Assembly: GCA_043779265.1 (NCBI GenBank)
Contig: JAYWEM010000125.1
Coordinates: 1 to 19,635 of the forward strand
Length of the DNA: 19,635 nucleotides
Direction of reading: 5' to 3'
From: a bacterium
GTDB lineage: Bacteria; Eisenbacteria; RBG-16-71-46
This document shows positions 8,785 to 17,414 of the stretch, one piece after another. The notes below the pieces were generated by a model. That model worked only from the letters and a program-made list of their open reading frames with translations, was not told the origin of the DNA and did not search any database. The translations under genes and the position numbers were made by a program. The first letter of the stretch is position 1. Each line of letters opens with the position of its first letter.

Positions 8785-9456
8785 TCACTTCTTCAGCCGG
8801 TAGGGGAAATTGCCCGCGACCTTCTTGAAGAGTGACTTCGCCATCGCCTCGGAGGAGTTGGCCATGCCGCCCTTGTCGGTGTGGTCGTAGCTCCACAACA
8901 GGCTGGCGTTCGCTCCGTCGTGCAACGTCATGTTGATGTCGACACGCTCGGTGGAGCCGCTGAAACCCAGCAGCAGGGTCTGTGCGAAGGCGGCCCCCGT
9001 CGAGGTCGGCTTGGACATGCGGATGGAACCGGAGACGAGCGCATCCACCCCGAGCGCTCGGGCCACCTCGTCTTTGGTGTGTGCTCCGAGGCTGTCCATC
9101 GAGATCCCTGCTCGCAGCAGCAGCGTGTTGGTCTGGTCGATGTCCTGGAACTCGACTCGATAACCGTCGGTCGCCGCCCTCGAGAGGAATCGCGCGTACA
9201 TCTGGCGCTGGAACTCGAGTGCCTCGTCGGACTGCATCTTCTCCACCATCTCAGGTGTCGTGTGCTTGGGCAGGTTCTTCGCGGCGATCGTCACGCGGAA
9301 CGGAAGGATCGCGATGGTTCTGTGGTTCGCGCTCAACTGTGCGAATTGGGGGCTGACGAACTGCTGCGCGCCGGCGTGAACCGCCGGGTGCGAGGCGAGC
9401 ATCGCGAACAACGTGAGCGAGTGAATGGCCACAATGCTTCGAGCAGATAGACACAT
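8785..9456 (-). CDS. Exported alpha/beta-fold protein (CsgG/DUF799/GNA1162-like), function unknown
   Basis: Signal-like N-terminus ending VHA-G, with motifs TIAILPF, ALGVDALVSGSI and LLWSY. The start is uncertain (the ORF is open to 9552). A TATGCT -10 lies on the minus strand at 9493-9498. Confidence 0.65.
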   Translation of the reverse strand: MCLSARSIVAIHSLTLFAMLASHPAVHAGAQQFVSPQFAQLSANHRTIAILPFRVTIAAKNLPKHTTPEMVEKMQSDEALEFQRQMYARFLSRAATDGYRVEFQDIDQTNTLLLRAGISMDSLGAHTKDEVARALGVDALVSGSIRMSKPTSTGAAFAQTLLLGFSGSTERVDINMTLHDGANASLLWSYDHTDKGGMANSSEAMAKSLFKKVAGNFPYRLKK

Positions 9457-9548
9457 CGGAGACTTCCGGTTCGCGACGGCGTCGGGGTCGCGAGCATAGG
9501 CTCGTCCCTCGCAACCGGCCAGCGCCAGGGACCGGGCAGCGCGCGCCC

Positions 9549-11033
9549 TCAAATGTCCAACTCCGGCTGGCCGCGGTGCCTGGGCCTCCGGGGCGTCGGA
9601 CGCGAACCCGGCGGCGGTTCACGCAGGTGCAGATACGCCGCGTAGTGCACGAGCGATTCGAGGTTCTCCTCGGGCAGCACGAGCAGCGCGTCCACGAATC
9701 GCGCGAGCGGCGTCGAGAGCGCCACGAGGCGCGAAAGCACCCAGGCGACCTCGGCCGGACGCCTTCCCTGCTCGAACTGCTTCCATGACAGCAGTCGCGA
9801 GCTGCGCAGGTGCTGGAACTGCACGCGCGGCTTCAGTTCCTCGATGGCGCGCTGCGCATCCTCGGCACTGAAGTGCACCGGGGACTCGGCTGCCGGTGGC
9901 GGTGGCAACGCGCCGCCGTAGGCCGCGCGACGCAGCACATCGACGCCGATGGCGGGGCAGGCGCGGCCGCCGGCCTCGGCCTCGCTGAGCAGCTGGAGTT
10001 GGGCGGTCCCTTCGACCGCCTCGCGTTGTACACGCACGCCGGCCACTCCCTTCTCGACCAGCTCCGGCAGTTGCCAGGCGATCGGCGAGAGCACCTTCGC
10101 GAGCAGCCGCGTCAGGCCACGCGCACCGGTCCCGCCCTCATGCGCGCGCTGCGCCAGCGCCTCGCCGGCGCCATCCGTCAGCTCGAGGCGCAACCCATGG
10201 CGCTCGAAGTGGTGCCGCTCGAGACTCAGCGGCGAACCCTCGACGTCGCCGAGGATGCGCACCAGGTCGGGGACCTCGAGTGGTTCGACCACGGAGATCG
10301 TGGCGAAGCGCCCGACCAGTTCGGGGATCAGGCCGAAGCGCACGAGGTCGTCGGTCCCGGCGATGCGATAGGCCTCGGCATCATCCAGTGCGCCCTGGGG
10401 CGAGCCTGCGACACCGCCGAAACCGAGCGTTGCCCCGCGCCGGCTCCTGGCGCGCTCGCGCATCATCGCGGGCAGCCCGGCGAAGGCGCCGGCGAACACG
10501 AACAGCACGCGCGAACTGTCCATCTCGACGGTCGTCTCGCCGCGCTTCCAGCGCACGGGGATGCCATCGAGCAGCGTGAGCAGGGCGTTCTGGACGCCCT
10601 CGCCCGACACATCGCGCCCGACATCGGTGGCGCGGCGCAGCTTGTCGACCTCATCCAGGAAGATGATGCCGCGCTGCGCCTTGGCGAGGTCGCCACCCGC
10701 TGCGAGCACGAGCGAGGCGAACAGGCTGTCGACGCTCTCGCCCATGTAGCCGACTTCGGAAAGGCTGGTGGCCGCGCAGATGGCGACCGGGACGCCGAGG
10801 ATGTCGGCGAGTGTGCGGACGAGATAGGTCTTGCCGCTGCCGGTCGGCCCCAAGAGCAGCGCGTGATGCCGCCCTGCGCGCATGCCGGGGTCCGCAGCGC
10901 GCTGCGTCTGATCCAGGTAGTGGCGATAGACCGCGGTCGCGAGTTCTCGCTTGGCGCGAGCCTGACCGACGGCGCGTCGGTCGAGTTGATGCACGATCTC
11001 GGAGGGTACGGGGAGTCGGTCGAGGGCGACCAT
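9549..11033 (-). CDS. ClpX-like AAA+ ATPase lacking the N-terminal Zn-binding domain, with a C-terminal extension (494 aa)
   Basis: PSEIVHQLDRRAVGQARAK, Walker A GPTGSGKT, pore-1 GYMG, Walker B IIFLDEVDK, pore-2 RDVSGEGVQ, LGF loop, FGLIPELVGR and GARGL. ATG 11033 has an AAGGAG SD. An alternative GTG start lies at 11108. Confidence 0.88.
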   Translation of the reverse strand: MVALDRLPVPSEIVHQLDRRAVGQARAKRELATAVYRHYLDQTQRAADPGMRAGRHHALLLGPTGSGKTYLVRTLADILGVPVAICAATSLSEVGYMGESVDSLFASLVLAAGGDLAKAQRGIIFLDEVDKLRRATDVGRDVSGEGVQNALLTLLDGIPVRWKRGETTVEMDSSRVLFVFAGAFAGLPAMMRERARSRRGATLGFGGVAGSPQGALDDAEAYRIAGTDDLVRFGLIPELVGRFATISVVEPLEVPDLVRILGDVEGSPLSLERHHFERHGLRLELTDGAGEALAQRAHEGGTGARGLTRLLAKVLSPIAWQLPELVEKGVAGVRVQREAVEGTAQLQLLSEAEAGGRACPAIGVDVLRRAAYGGALPPPPAAESPVHFSAEDAQRAIEELKPRVQFQHLRSSRLLSWKQFEQGRRPAEVAWVLSRLVALSTPLARFVDALLVLPEENLESLVHYAAYLHLREPPPGSRPTPRRPRHRGQPELDI

Positions 11034-11196
11034 CGGGAGGTCTCCTTCGGAGCGGGGCGGATGTTCGTGGGGTGCGGGGATGCGCGCGAGAGAGGCGATG
11101 CGCGCCACTCCATCTACGACGAGTTCGCGATGTGCGTCGAGACAATTCGTGCAGCGCGTTGTGCGCGTGATGATTGTCGAGCGTCTCGCGAAGTCG

Positions 11197-11237
11197 ATGT
11201 TCGCCCTTGACGACGAATCGTCATGTTGCCCTTGACG
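11197..11237. repeat. Direct repeat ATGTT(C)GCCCTTGACG x2
   Basis: GCCCTTGACG occurs at 11203-11212 and 11228-11237 (25-bp period), upstream of the ClpX-like gene. Confidence 0.6.
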
Positions 11238-11240
11238 CGA

Positions 11241-11471
11241 TCACTCCGAATCTGATTCAGCGCCCCGCTCGTGCGCCTCGCGTTGCAGGCGCGCATGGTG
11301 CGCCAGCTGCGCGATGAGATGCGTCTTACCGCTCGGCGACAGGAAAGCCCGCGACTGGTGCGATGTTCCGAGGAACTCGCTCGCATCGCCCGAGCGCTGC
11401 CGCTGCTCGATCATGCGGTCCAAGTGACGGATGATCTCGGCCGGAGTCGGTGGCGATTCGCGATCGCTCAT
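11241..11471 (-). CDS. 76-aa mini-ORF homologous to the N-terminal part of the ClpX AAA+ domain (small protein or gene remnant)
   Basis: Its ATG overlaps the kinase stop (ATGA, 11471-11468). Segments PPTPAEIIRHLDR, IEQRQRSGD and SGKTHLIAQLAH align in order with PVPSEIVHQLDR, LDQTQRAAD and SGKTYLVRTLAD of the downstream ClpX-like gene. Confidence 0.6.
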   Translation of the reverse strand: MSDRESPPTPAEIIRHLDRMIEQRQRSGDASEFLGTSHQSRAFLSPSGKTHLIAQLAHHARLQREAHERGAESDSE

Positions 11472-14293
11472 CCCCGACCGGCCGCGAGTGCCGCGCGCCA
11501 CTTGGCGACCTCCGTCGGCTTGCGCCAGTCCTCGTAGAGCTGGATCAGTGCCTGCGTCGCCTTGAGGGCATCCGGGTCACGGGCACCACGCGCTTCGAGC
11601 GCGGCCTTCCGCGCCGAGAGCAACAGGGCCTCGGCCTCGAGCCACGACGAGGCCAGGCGTTTCGCCCGCAGGATGTCCGCGAGCCCCAACTGCGCGTCGA
11701 GCGTGCCGCGACCGCTCTTGCCCTGGGACTCCAAACGGATCGACAGCCCCTCACGCGCCAGCTTCTCCGCTTCTCCCATGCGGCGCTGCTGGATGCGAAG
11801 GCTGGAGAAGTCCCGGTACGCCGCGGCGAGATCGGGGTGGCGAGGGCCCAGTTTGGACTTGATGATGCCGAGCCCGGATTCGAACGCGGCCTGGGACTCG
11901 CGCAGCTTGCCGGCGCGCGCATAGGCCGGAGCGATGGCCAGCCACGTCCGGCCAACCGCCTCGCTCTGGGGTCCGAGCCCCTGTTGCCGGATGGCGAGCA
12001 CCTGCTTCATCACCTCCAGGCTCTGCTCGGCTCGACCGGTCCGATAAAGCAGCGCTCCCTGATTCTCGAGCGCGCGCGCCACCAGCGGATGGTTGTCCCC
12101 GAGGTTGCGGCGGCGGATGGCCACGGCTTCGCTGTACAGCGAGTCGGCGCTGGCCACATCGCCCATGCGCGCGCGGTTGGCAGCGAGCTCCTCGAGCGCC
12201 TCGGAGCTCTCGAGCCCGCGATCGCCCGAACGGGCCGTCAACTGGATGACACTGGCGAGCAACAGCGAATCGGCCCCGGCGTAGTTCTCCTTCCAGTTGG
12301 CTTCGATGTAAGCCCGGGTGCGCATGATCGCCGGAGTGGCCGTGCTGACCGGGCCCTCGCCGCGCCGAACCAACCGCATCGCCGCGAGCGACAGCGTATC
12401 GGCCTCCGCGTAGCGGCCCTGCCGCGCCAGGGAAGCCGCCACTTCGTTCATGATGAGCGCCGATGTCTCGTGCTGCTTCCCGCCCGACTGTGCCTCGCTG
12501 GCCAGCGCTGAGCGGAACTGCTGCTCGGCGACTCCGTAGTTCGCGGTCTGGCTCAGGACCCGTCCGAGGTTGCGCTGAAGTCCGGCGACCAGATCCATTC
12601 GCGGGCTGGGTCCCTCGCCCAACCGCTCGATGCCCACGCGCAACAGGCTCTCGGCTTCGGCGTACTTGCCGACGCCGGCGAGCGCGGAGGCGACGGTGCC
12701 TCGAATCGCGTAGTCGACCTCGGGGTCGCTGCCCGCCCATTTGCCGATGCGCGTCTGCGCCTGCTCGAGAGCAGCGTCGAGCGTCACCTTGCCGCCCCCG
12801 CCCGACCACGGGTCGGCGGTGGTCAGCATGTCCTCCAGGAAGCGGCTGATGGCACCGGCCTTGGCGGCCTCGAGCCTCGCCAGCGACTGGCTCACTTCCG
12901 CCGCGGTCCGCGCGCGCACCGCTCCCGTGCGTTCCCGCACCGCGGTGGCCTGTTGCAGTTCGGCCTCGGCGCGGCGTTCCTCGGCCATGGCGCGTGCTTC
13001 ATCCGCCTCCCGGCTGCGCGAGAGCGCCAGCGCCTCGGCGTACTCGGCGCGCGCCATACGCGAAGTCGCGAGCGCCTCGGCGCGGTTGGCGCGCATCGCC
13101 TCTCGCGTGCTGACCACGACTCCCGCCAGCAACACGACGAACGTCGCCGCCACGCCGAACACCAGCGCGCGGTTCCGGGCCGCGAACTTCTGGAACTGGT
13201 AGAGCGTGCTCGGTGGCCGTGCCAGAATGGGCTGCGACGAGAGATAGCGTTCCACATCATCGGCCATGGCTGCCGCGCTCGAATAGCGCCGCTCCGCGTC
13301 CTTCTCGAGCGCCTTGCCCACCAGTGTCTCGATGTCCGGATCGAGGCGGCGCGAGCCGCTCATCGTCAGGCGCAGCGAACGCGGCGGCTGCTCGCAGATG
13401 ACGCGCACCGCTTCGAGCAGCGAGGTGCGGCTCACGTCGTAGGGCTTCGCATTCGACAGCATCTCGTAGAGGACCACGCCCAGTGCATAGACGTCGGTGC
13501 GCAGATCGATGGCATCCACGTTCCCGCGTGCCTGCTCGGGGGACATGTACGGCAAGGTGCCCTTGATGACCCCGACCTCGGTGACCTGCGTCGCCTGCAC
13601 GTCACTCTCGGTGATGCGGGCCAGGCCGAAGTCCAGGATCTTGACGTCCGGAAGCCGCGCGCCCGAGAGCGTGTTGATGCTGGTCTCGCTGTTCGCCTCG
13701 CGCGAGATGATGATGTTGGAGGGCTTGAGGTCGCGGTGGATCACGCCGCGCTGGTGCGCGTAGTGGACCGCCTCCGCGATGCGCCGGAACAACCCGAGAC
13801 GGAAGCGCACCTCGTCGGAAGTCATGACCCGTGTCCGCCGGGCGAGGAACACATCGAGATGATCGCCCCGCACCAGTTCCATCGCGAAGAAGTACTGGCC
13901 CTCGTTGGTGCGGCCGGACTCGTAGATGCCCCCGATGTTGGGATGGCGCAGGCGCGCCAGCGTCTCGACCTCACGTCGGAACGCGCGGACCGTGGCCTCA
14001 TCGATCACTCGCCCGCCGCGAACGACTTTGAGCGCGACGAGTCGGCGCGGAAACGGCTGCTCGGCCTCGTACACGATGCCCATGCCGCCCTCGCCCAACT
14101 TGGAGAGAATGCGATATCCGCCGATCGAGTCAGGAAGCTCCTCCGCGTCCGCCGAGCGCTCCGCGCGATCATGCTCGCTGCGTCCTCGGTCAGGGCCCGC
14201 GATGGTCGCGGCATCTTCCATGCTGATGCCGGATCCCGAATCGGGAGGCGACGGCGGCACGCTGCTGCCTCTGGCGATGGGGTCGTCGGACAA
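11468..14293 (-). CDS. Hanks-type Ser/Thr protein kinase with TM helix, coiled coil and TPR array
   Basis: Kinase motifs LGEGGMGIVY, VALK, HRDLKPSN, DFGLA and GTLPYMSPEQ. TM helix ALVFGVAATFVVLLAGVVVST, an Ala/Arg/Glu-rich coiled coil, and ~42-aa TPR_10/12-like repeats (LGDNHPLVARALENQG, LGPRHPDLAAAYRDFS). The start is uncertain: TTG 14293 after GAGGA, while the ORF is open to GTG 14347. Confidence 0.9.
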   Translation of the reverse strand: MSDDPIARGSSVPPSPPDSGSGISMEDAATIAGPDRGRSEHDRAERSADAEELPDSIGGYRILSKLGEGGMGIVYEAEQPFPRRLVALKVVRGGRVIDEATVRAFRREVETLARLRHPNIGGIYESGRTNEGQYFFAMELVRGDHLDVFLARRTRVMTSDEVRFRLGLFRRIAEAVHYAHQRGVIHRDLKPSNIIISREANSETSINTLSGARLPDVKILDFGLARITESDVQATQVTEVGVIKGTLPYMSPEQARGNVDAIDLRTDVYALGVVLYEMLSNAKPYDVSRTSLLEAVRVICEQPPRSLRLTMSGSRRLDPDIETLVGKALEKDAERRYSSAAAMADDVERYLSSQPILARPPSTLYQFQKFAARNRALVFGVAATFVVLLAGVVVSTREAMRANRAEALATSRMARAEYAEALALSRSREADEARAMAEERRAEAELQQATAVRERTGAVRARTAAEVSQSLARLEAAKAGAISRFLEDMLTTADPWSGGGGKVTLDAALEQAQTRIGKWAGSDPEVDYAIRGTVASALAGVGKYAEAESLLRVGIERLGEGPSPRMDLVAGLQRNLGRVLSQTANYGVAEQQFRSALASEAQSGGKQHETSALIMNEVAASLARQGRYAEADTLSLAAMRLVRRGEGPVSTATPAIMRTRAYIEANWKENYAGADSLLLASVIQLTARSGDRGLESSEALEELAANRARMGDVASADSLYSEAVAIRRRNLGDNHPLVARALENQGALLYRTGRAEQSLEVMKQVLAIRQQGLGPQSEAVGRTWLAIAPAYARAGKLRESQAAFESGLGIIKSKLGPRHPDLAAAYRDFSSLRIQQRRMGEAEKLAREGLSIRLESQGKSGRGTLDAQLGLADILRAKRLASSWLEAEALLLSARKAALEARGARDPDALKATQALIQLYEDWRKPTEVAKWRAALAAGRG

Positions 14294-14553
14294 GCGGTCC
14301 TCGGGTCTGATCCAGGGTGGGGAGCGGCAGGACGACGGCGTGCGCACGTCCTCGCGTCCGTCCGCCGAACAGCTCTCCGCGCGGGCGCTTCCAGCGTGGG
14401 ATGCCTGAGCATCCCGATCACCGGAGGAGCAAGTCGGGGCTGGTGCGGGATAAGCCTACGGACTCCGCCGTCTCGATGTCCATGGTGATACTGCGGGGCG
14501 GAGCGATTCGGCGGAGTGATCCGGGGCTGGAATCCAGACGCTGCGCGAACGCG

Positions 14554-14562
14554 TGCTAAAGT
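14554..14562 (+). promoter_or_regulatory. Candidate extended -10 promoter (TGcTAAAGT) for the second kinase
   Basis: A TGn-TANNNT motif ~57 nt upstream of ATG 14620 in an otherwise very GC-rich spacer. Confidence 0.35.
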
Positions 14563-14619
14563 CCCCTGCCGACTCCCGTGCGCACCGTCCATCCGTCCTT
14601 CCGACCAGGGAACCATCGC

Positions 14620-17295
14620 ATGAGCCTTGCAGCCGGAACCCGCCTCGGGCCCTACGAGATCCTCTCGCCACTCGGCGCCGGCGGCATGGGCGAGGTGTTC
14701 CGGGCCCGCGACACGCGGCTCGGGCGCGATGTCGCCGTGAAGGTGCTGCCGCAGCACTTGTCGGCCAATGCCGAGGTCCGGGCGCGCTTCGAGCGCGAGG
14801 CGAAGACCGTCTCGAGCCTGAATCATCCCAACATCTGCACGCTGTTCGATGTCGGTCGAGAGGGCGAGACCGACTACCTGGTGATGGAGTTGGTGGAAGG
14901 CGGCACGCTCGCACAGCGCCTGCAGCAGGGCGCACTGCCCGCCGCGGAGGTGCTGCGCATCGGCGTGCAGGTGGCCGACGCGCTCGACCGGGCGCATCGC
15001 GCCGGCGTGATCCACCGTGACCTGAAGCCGGGCAACATCATGCTCACCAAGAGCGGCGCCAAGCTCATGGACTTCGGCCTGGCGCGCGCCACCGGCATGG
15101 CGGGATCTGTCAGCGGCAGCGGGACCACGATGGCCGCGCTCACGCAGTCGCCGACGGTGGCACAGCCGTTGACCGCCGAGGGCACGATCATCGGCACGTT
15201 CCAGTACATGGCCCCCGAGCAGCTCGAGGGCCGCGAGGCCGATGCGAGAAGCGACCTGTGGGCGCTCGGCTGCGTGCTGTTCGAGATGGCGACCGGCCGC
15301 CGCGCGTTCGATGGCCCGAGTCAGGCCAGCCTCATCGCCGCGATCATGCACGTGCAGCCGCAACCGCTGTCGCAGGCGGCGCCCGCCCTGCCTCCCGCGC
15401 TCGACCGGTTGGTGAGCGCCTGCCTGGCCAAGGACCCCGCCGACCGGGTGCAGAGCGCGCATGACATGAAGCTGCAGCTGGCCTGGATGGCCGAGGGCGT
15501 GGACTCGAACTTCGCCTCGGCGGCCCCGGCACTGCCGCTGGCGCGCCGTCGCCGCTGGCTGGTCCCTGCGCTGCTGGCACTCGCGCTCGTGGTCGTCGCC
15601 GTGGTCGTCACCACGATGCTCGCCCGGCAGCAGGCGTCGGGTGCGGATGCGCCCCAGCGATTTGTGCTCGGCTCCTCGGACCTGACGCCTTCCTGCACAC
15701 CCATGGTGTCTCCCGATGGGGCCTCGGTCGTGTTCTCCGTGCGCGAGGATGGTAAGACACGGATCGTCCGCCGGATGCTGTCCACTTTCGAGGTGCAGCC
15801 GATCGCCGGGACCGAGGACGGGTACGCGCCGTTCTTCTCGGCCGATGGCCGATGGATGGGATTCCTCACCACGACGGCCATCCGCAAGGTGCCGATCGAA
15901 GGCGGCACCGCGCAGACCATCGTGAACACGCCGCGCGTGGACGCGGCCGACTGGGGCCGGGACGACTGGGTCTACTTCACGCCCCGCTCGGGCGGCACGG
16001 ACGGTCGCACGGCGCTCGCTCGCGTCTCGGCATTGGGCGGTCCGATCGAGGTCGTCGCCCAACTGGACACCGCCTCGAATGAACGCGAAGCCTGGCTCCC
16101 CGAGATCCTCCCCGACGGCAAGACGGTGCTGGTCAGCATCCAGTCGAGCTCCGCGACCCCGTGGCGAATCGTGGCCTTCCGAATGGGCGGCTTCCGGCAG
16201 GTCGTGCTCGAGACCGGCTGGCTGCCCCGCTATGCCGGCAATGGCCACCTGCTCTATGTGGACAGCGAGTCCGATGCGGTGCTCGCCGCGCCGTTCGACG
16301 CCGGCAAGCTGAAGTTCACCGGCCCGGCCATGGCCGTGACCGAGCGCGCGGCCACCAACCACGCCTACGATGTCTCCGAGAAGGGCGTGCTGGTCTACGT
16401 GCCCACGACGGGCGCCGGAGCCGGCGAGGAGGTCGGCTGGATCGATCGCCGCGGCGTCTACACGCCGCTCATGGAGACTCGCGCCGACTGGATGCAACCG
16501 CGGGTCTCGCCCGACGGAAAGCGCGTGCTGCTGCGCAAATCAGGCACGAACTGCGAGCTTTGGGTCTATGACATGGGCCGCGGGCAACTCTCGCGCGTGG
16601 CACCCGACTCCGACAATCACGACGCGGTGTGGTCACCCGACGGAAGGAGCATCGCCTACCTGCAGAGCAGTGCGCCGGTACGCATGCTGTCGCTCAGCGT
16701 CGAGGGGCCGCGCGAGGTGCGCACGCTGGCCGAGGGGCTTGACTCCGGCTCACCGGAGTCGTGGTCGGTGGGGGGCGACCTGCTCGCCTACACCGTCACA
16801 GGCCGCACGACCGGCAGTGACATCTGGGTCCGCTCGATGCGCGAAGGTGCGGCGAAGCCCTTCCTCGCCACGCAGTTCCGCGAGACCTCGCCCGCCGTCT
16901 CGCCCGATGGCCGCTGGATCGCCTACTCGTCGGACGAGGCCGGGCCGCCGCAGATCTTCATCCGACCCCATCCCGACACCGGGGTCTCATGGCAGGTCTC
17001 GAGCGATGGCGGGGTCGGTCCGCTCTGGTCGCGCGATGGTCGTGAACTCCACTTCGTGAGCGGCACCAAGATGATGACAGCACGCATCGAGACCGAACCG
17101 GCGATCCGCGTCGGGATCCCCACCGTGTTGTTCGATGGCGGGTTCGGCGTGAACCGCGCACGGGACTACGACGTGGCGCCCGATGGGAGATTCGTGGTGC
17201 TGCGCCGCTCCGGCGAAGCCTCGCAGATGCGCGAACTGCGAGTGGTGCTCCACTGGCGCGCCGCGCTGAAGGAGCAGGTCGGCCGCAGCCACTGA
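14620..17295 (+). CDS. Hanks-type Ser/Thr protein kinase with TM helix and TolB-like (PD40) beta-propeller
   Basis: Kinase motifs MSLAAGTRLGPYEI, LGAGGMGEVF, VAVK, HRDLKPGN, DFGLA and GTFQYMAPEQ. TM helix WLVPALLALALVVVAVVVTTML follows RRRR. Repeated (V/W/F)SPDG blades. AGGGA SD upstream. Confidence 0.93.
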   Translation: MSLAAGTRLGPYEILSPLGAGGMGEVFRARDTRLGRDVAVKVLPQHLSANAEVRARFEREAKTVSSLNHPNICTLFDVGREGETDYLVMELVEGGTLAQRLQQGALPAAEVLRIGVQVADALDRAHRAGVIHRDLKPGNIMLTKSGAKLMDFGLARATGMAGSVSGSGTTMAALTQSPTVAQPLTAEGTIIGTFQYMAPEQLEGREADARSDLWALGCVLFEMATGRRAFDGPSQASLIAAIMHVQPQPLSQAAPALPPALDRLVSACLAKDPADRVQSAHDMKLQLAWMAEGVDSNFASAAPALPLARRRRWLVPALLALALVVVAVVVTTMLARQQASGADAPQRFVLGSSDLTPSCTPMVSPDGASVVFSVREDGKTRIVRRMLSTFEVQPIAGTEDGYAPFFSADGRWMGFLTTTAIRKVPIEGGTAQTIVNTPRVDAADWGRDDWVYFTPRSGGTDGRTALARVSALGGPIEVVAQLDTASNEREAWLPEILPDGKTVLVSIQSSSATPWRIVAFRMGGFRQVVLETGWLPRYAGNGHLLYVDSESDAVLAAPFDAGKLKFTGPAMAVTERAATNHAYDVSEKGVLVYVPTTGAGAGEEVGWIDRRGVYTPLMETRADWMQPRVSPDGKRVLLRKSGTNCELWVYDMGRGQLSRVAPDSDNHDAVWSPDGRSIAYLQSSAPVRMLSLSVEGPREVRTLAEGLDSGSPESWSVGGDLLAYTVTGRTTGSDIWVRSMREGAAKPFLATQFRETSPAVSPDGRWIAYSSDEAGPPQIFIRPHPDTGVSWQVSSDGGVGPLWSRDGRELHFVSGTKMMTARIETEPAIRVGIPTVLFDGGFGVNRARDYDVAPDGRFVVLRRSGEASQMRELRVVLHWRAALKEQVGRSH

Positions 17296-17414
17296 GTCGC
17301 GCAGTTCTCCCTCACGCGTCCGCGCGGAGGGATGGTACCGTCGATGCTCGCGGTCACTCGATCCCGCCCCCTTCCCCTAAGCTGGAACGGACTCCAGGGA
17401 GCCTCTCCCCCGCA

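Noticed and set aside
11117..11196. Integron attC site
   Set aside because: Lacks the RYYYAAC/GTTRRRY core sites, and there is no integrase or cassette array.
14005..16497. 830-aa minus-strand ORF
   Set aside because: Antisense shadow of the PD40 kinase. High GC3 suppresses stops on the opposite strand, and it has no domain motifs.
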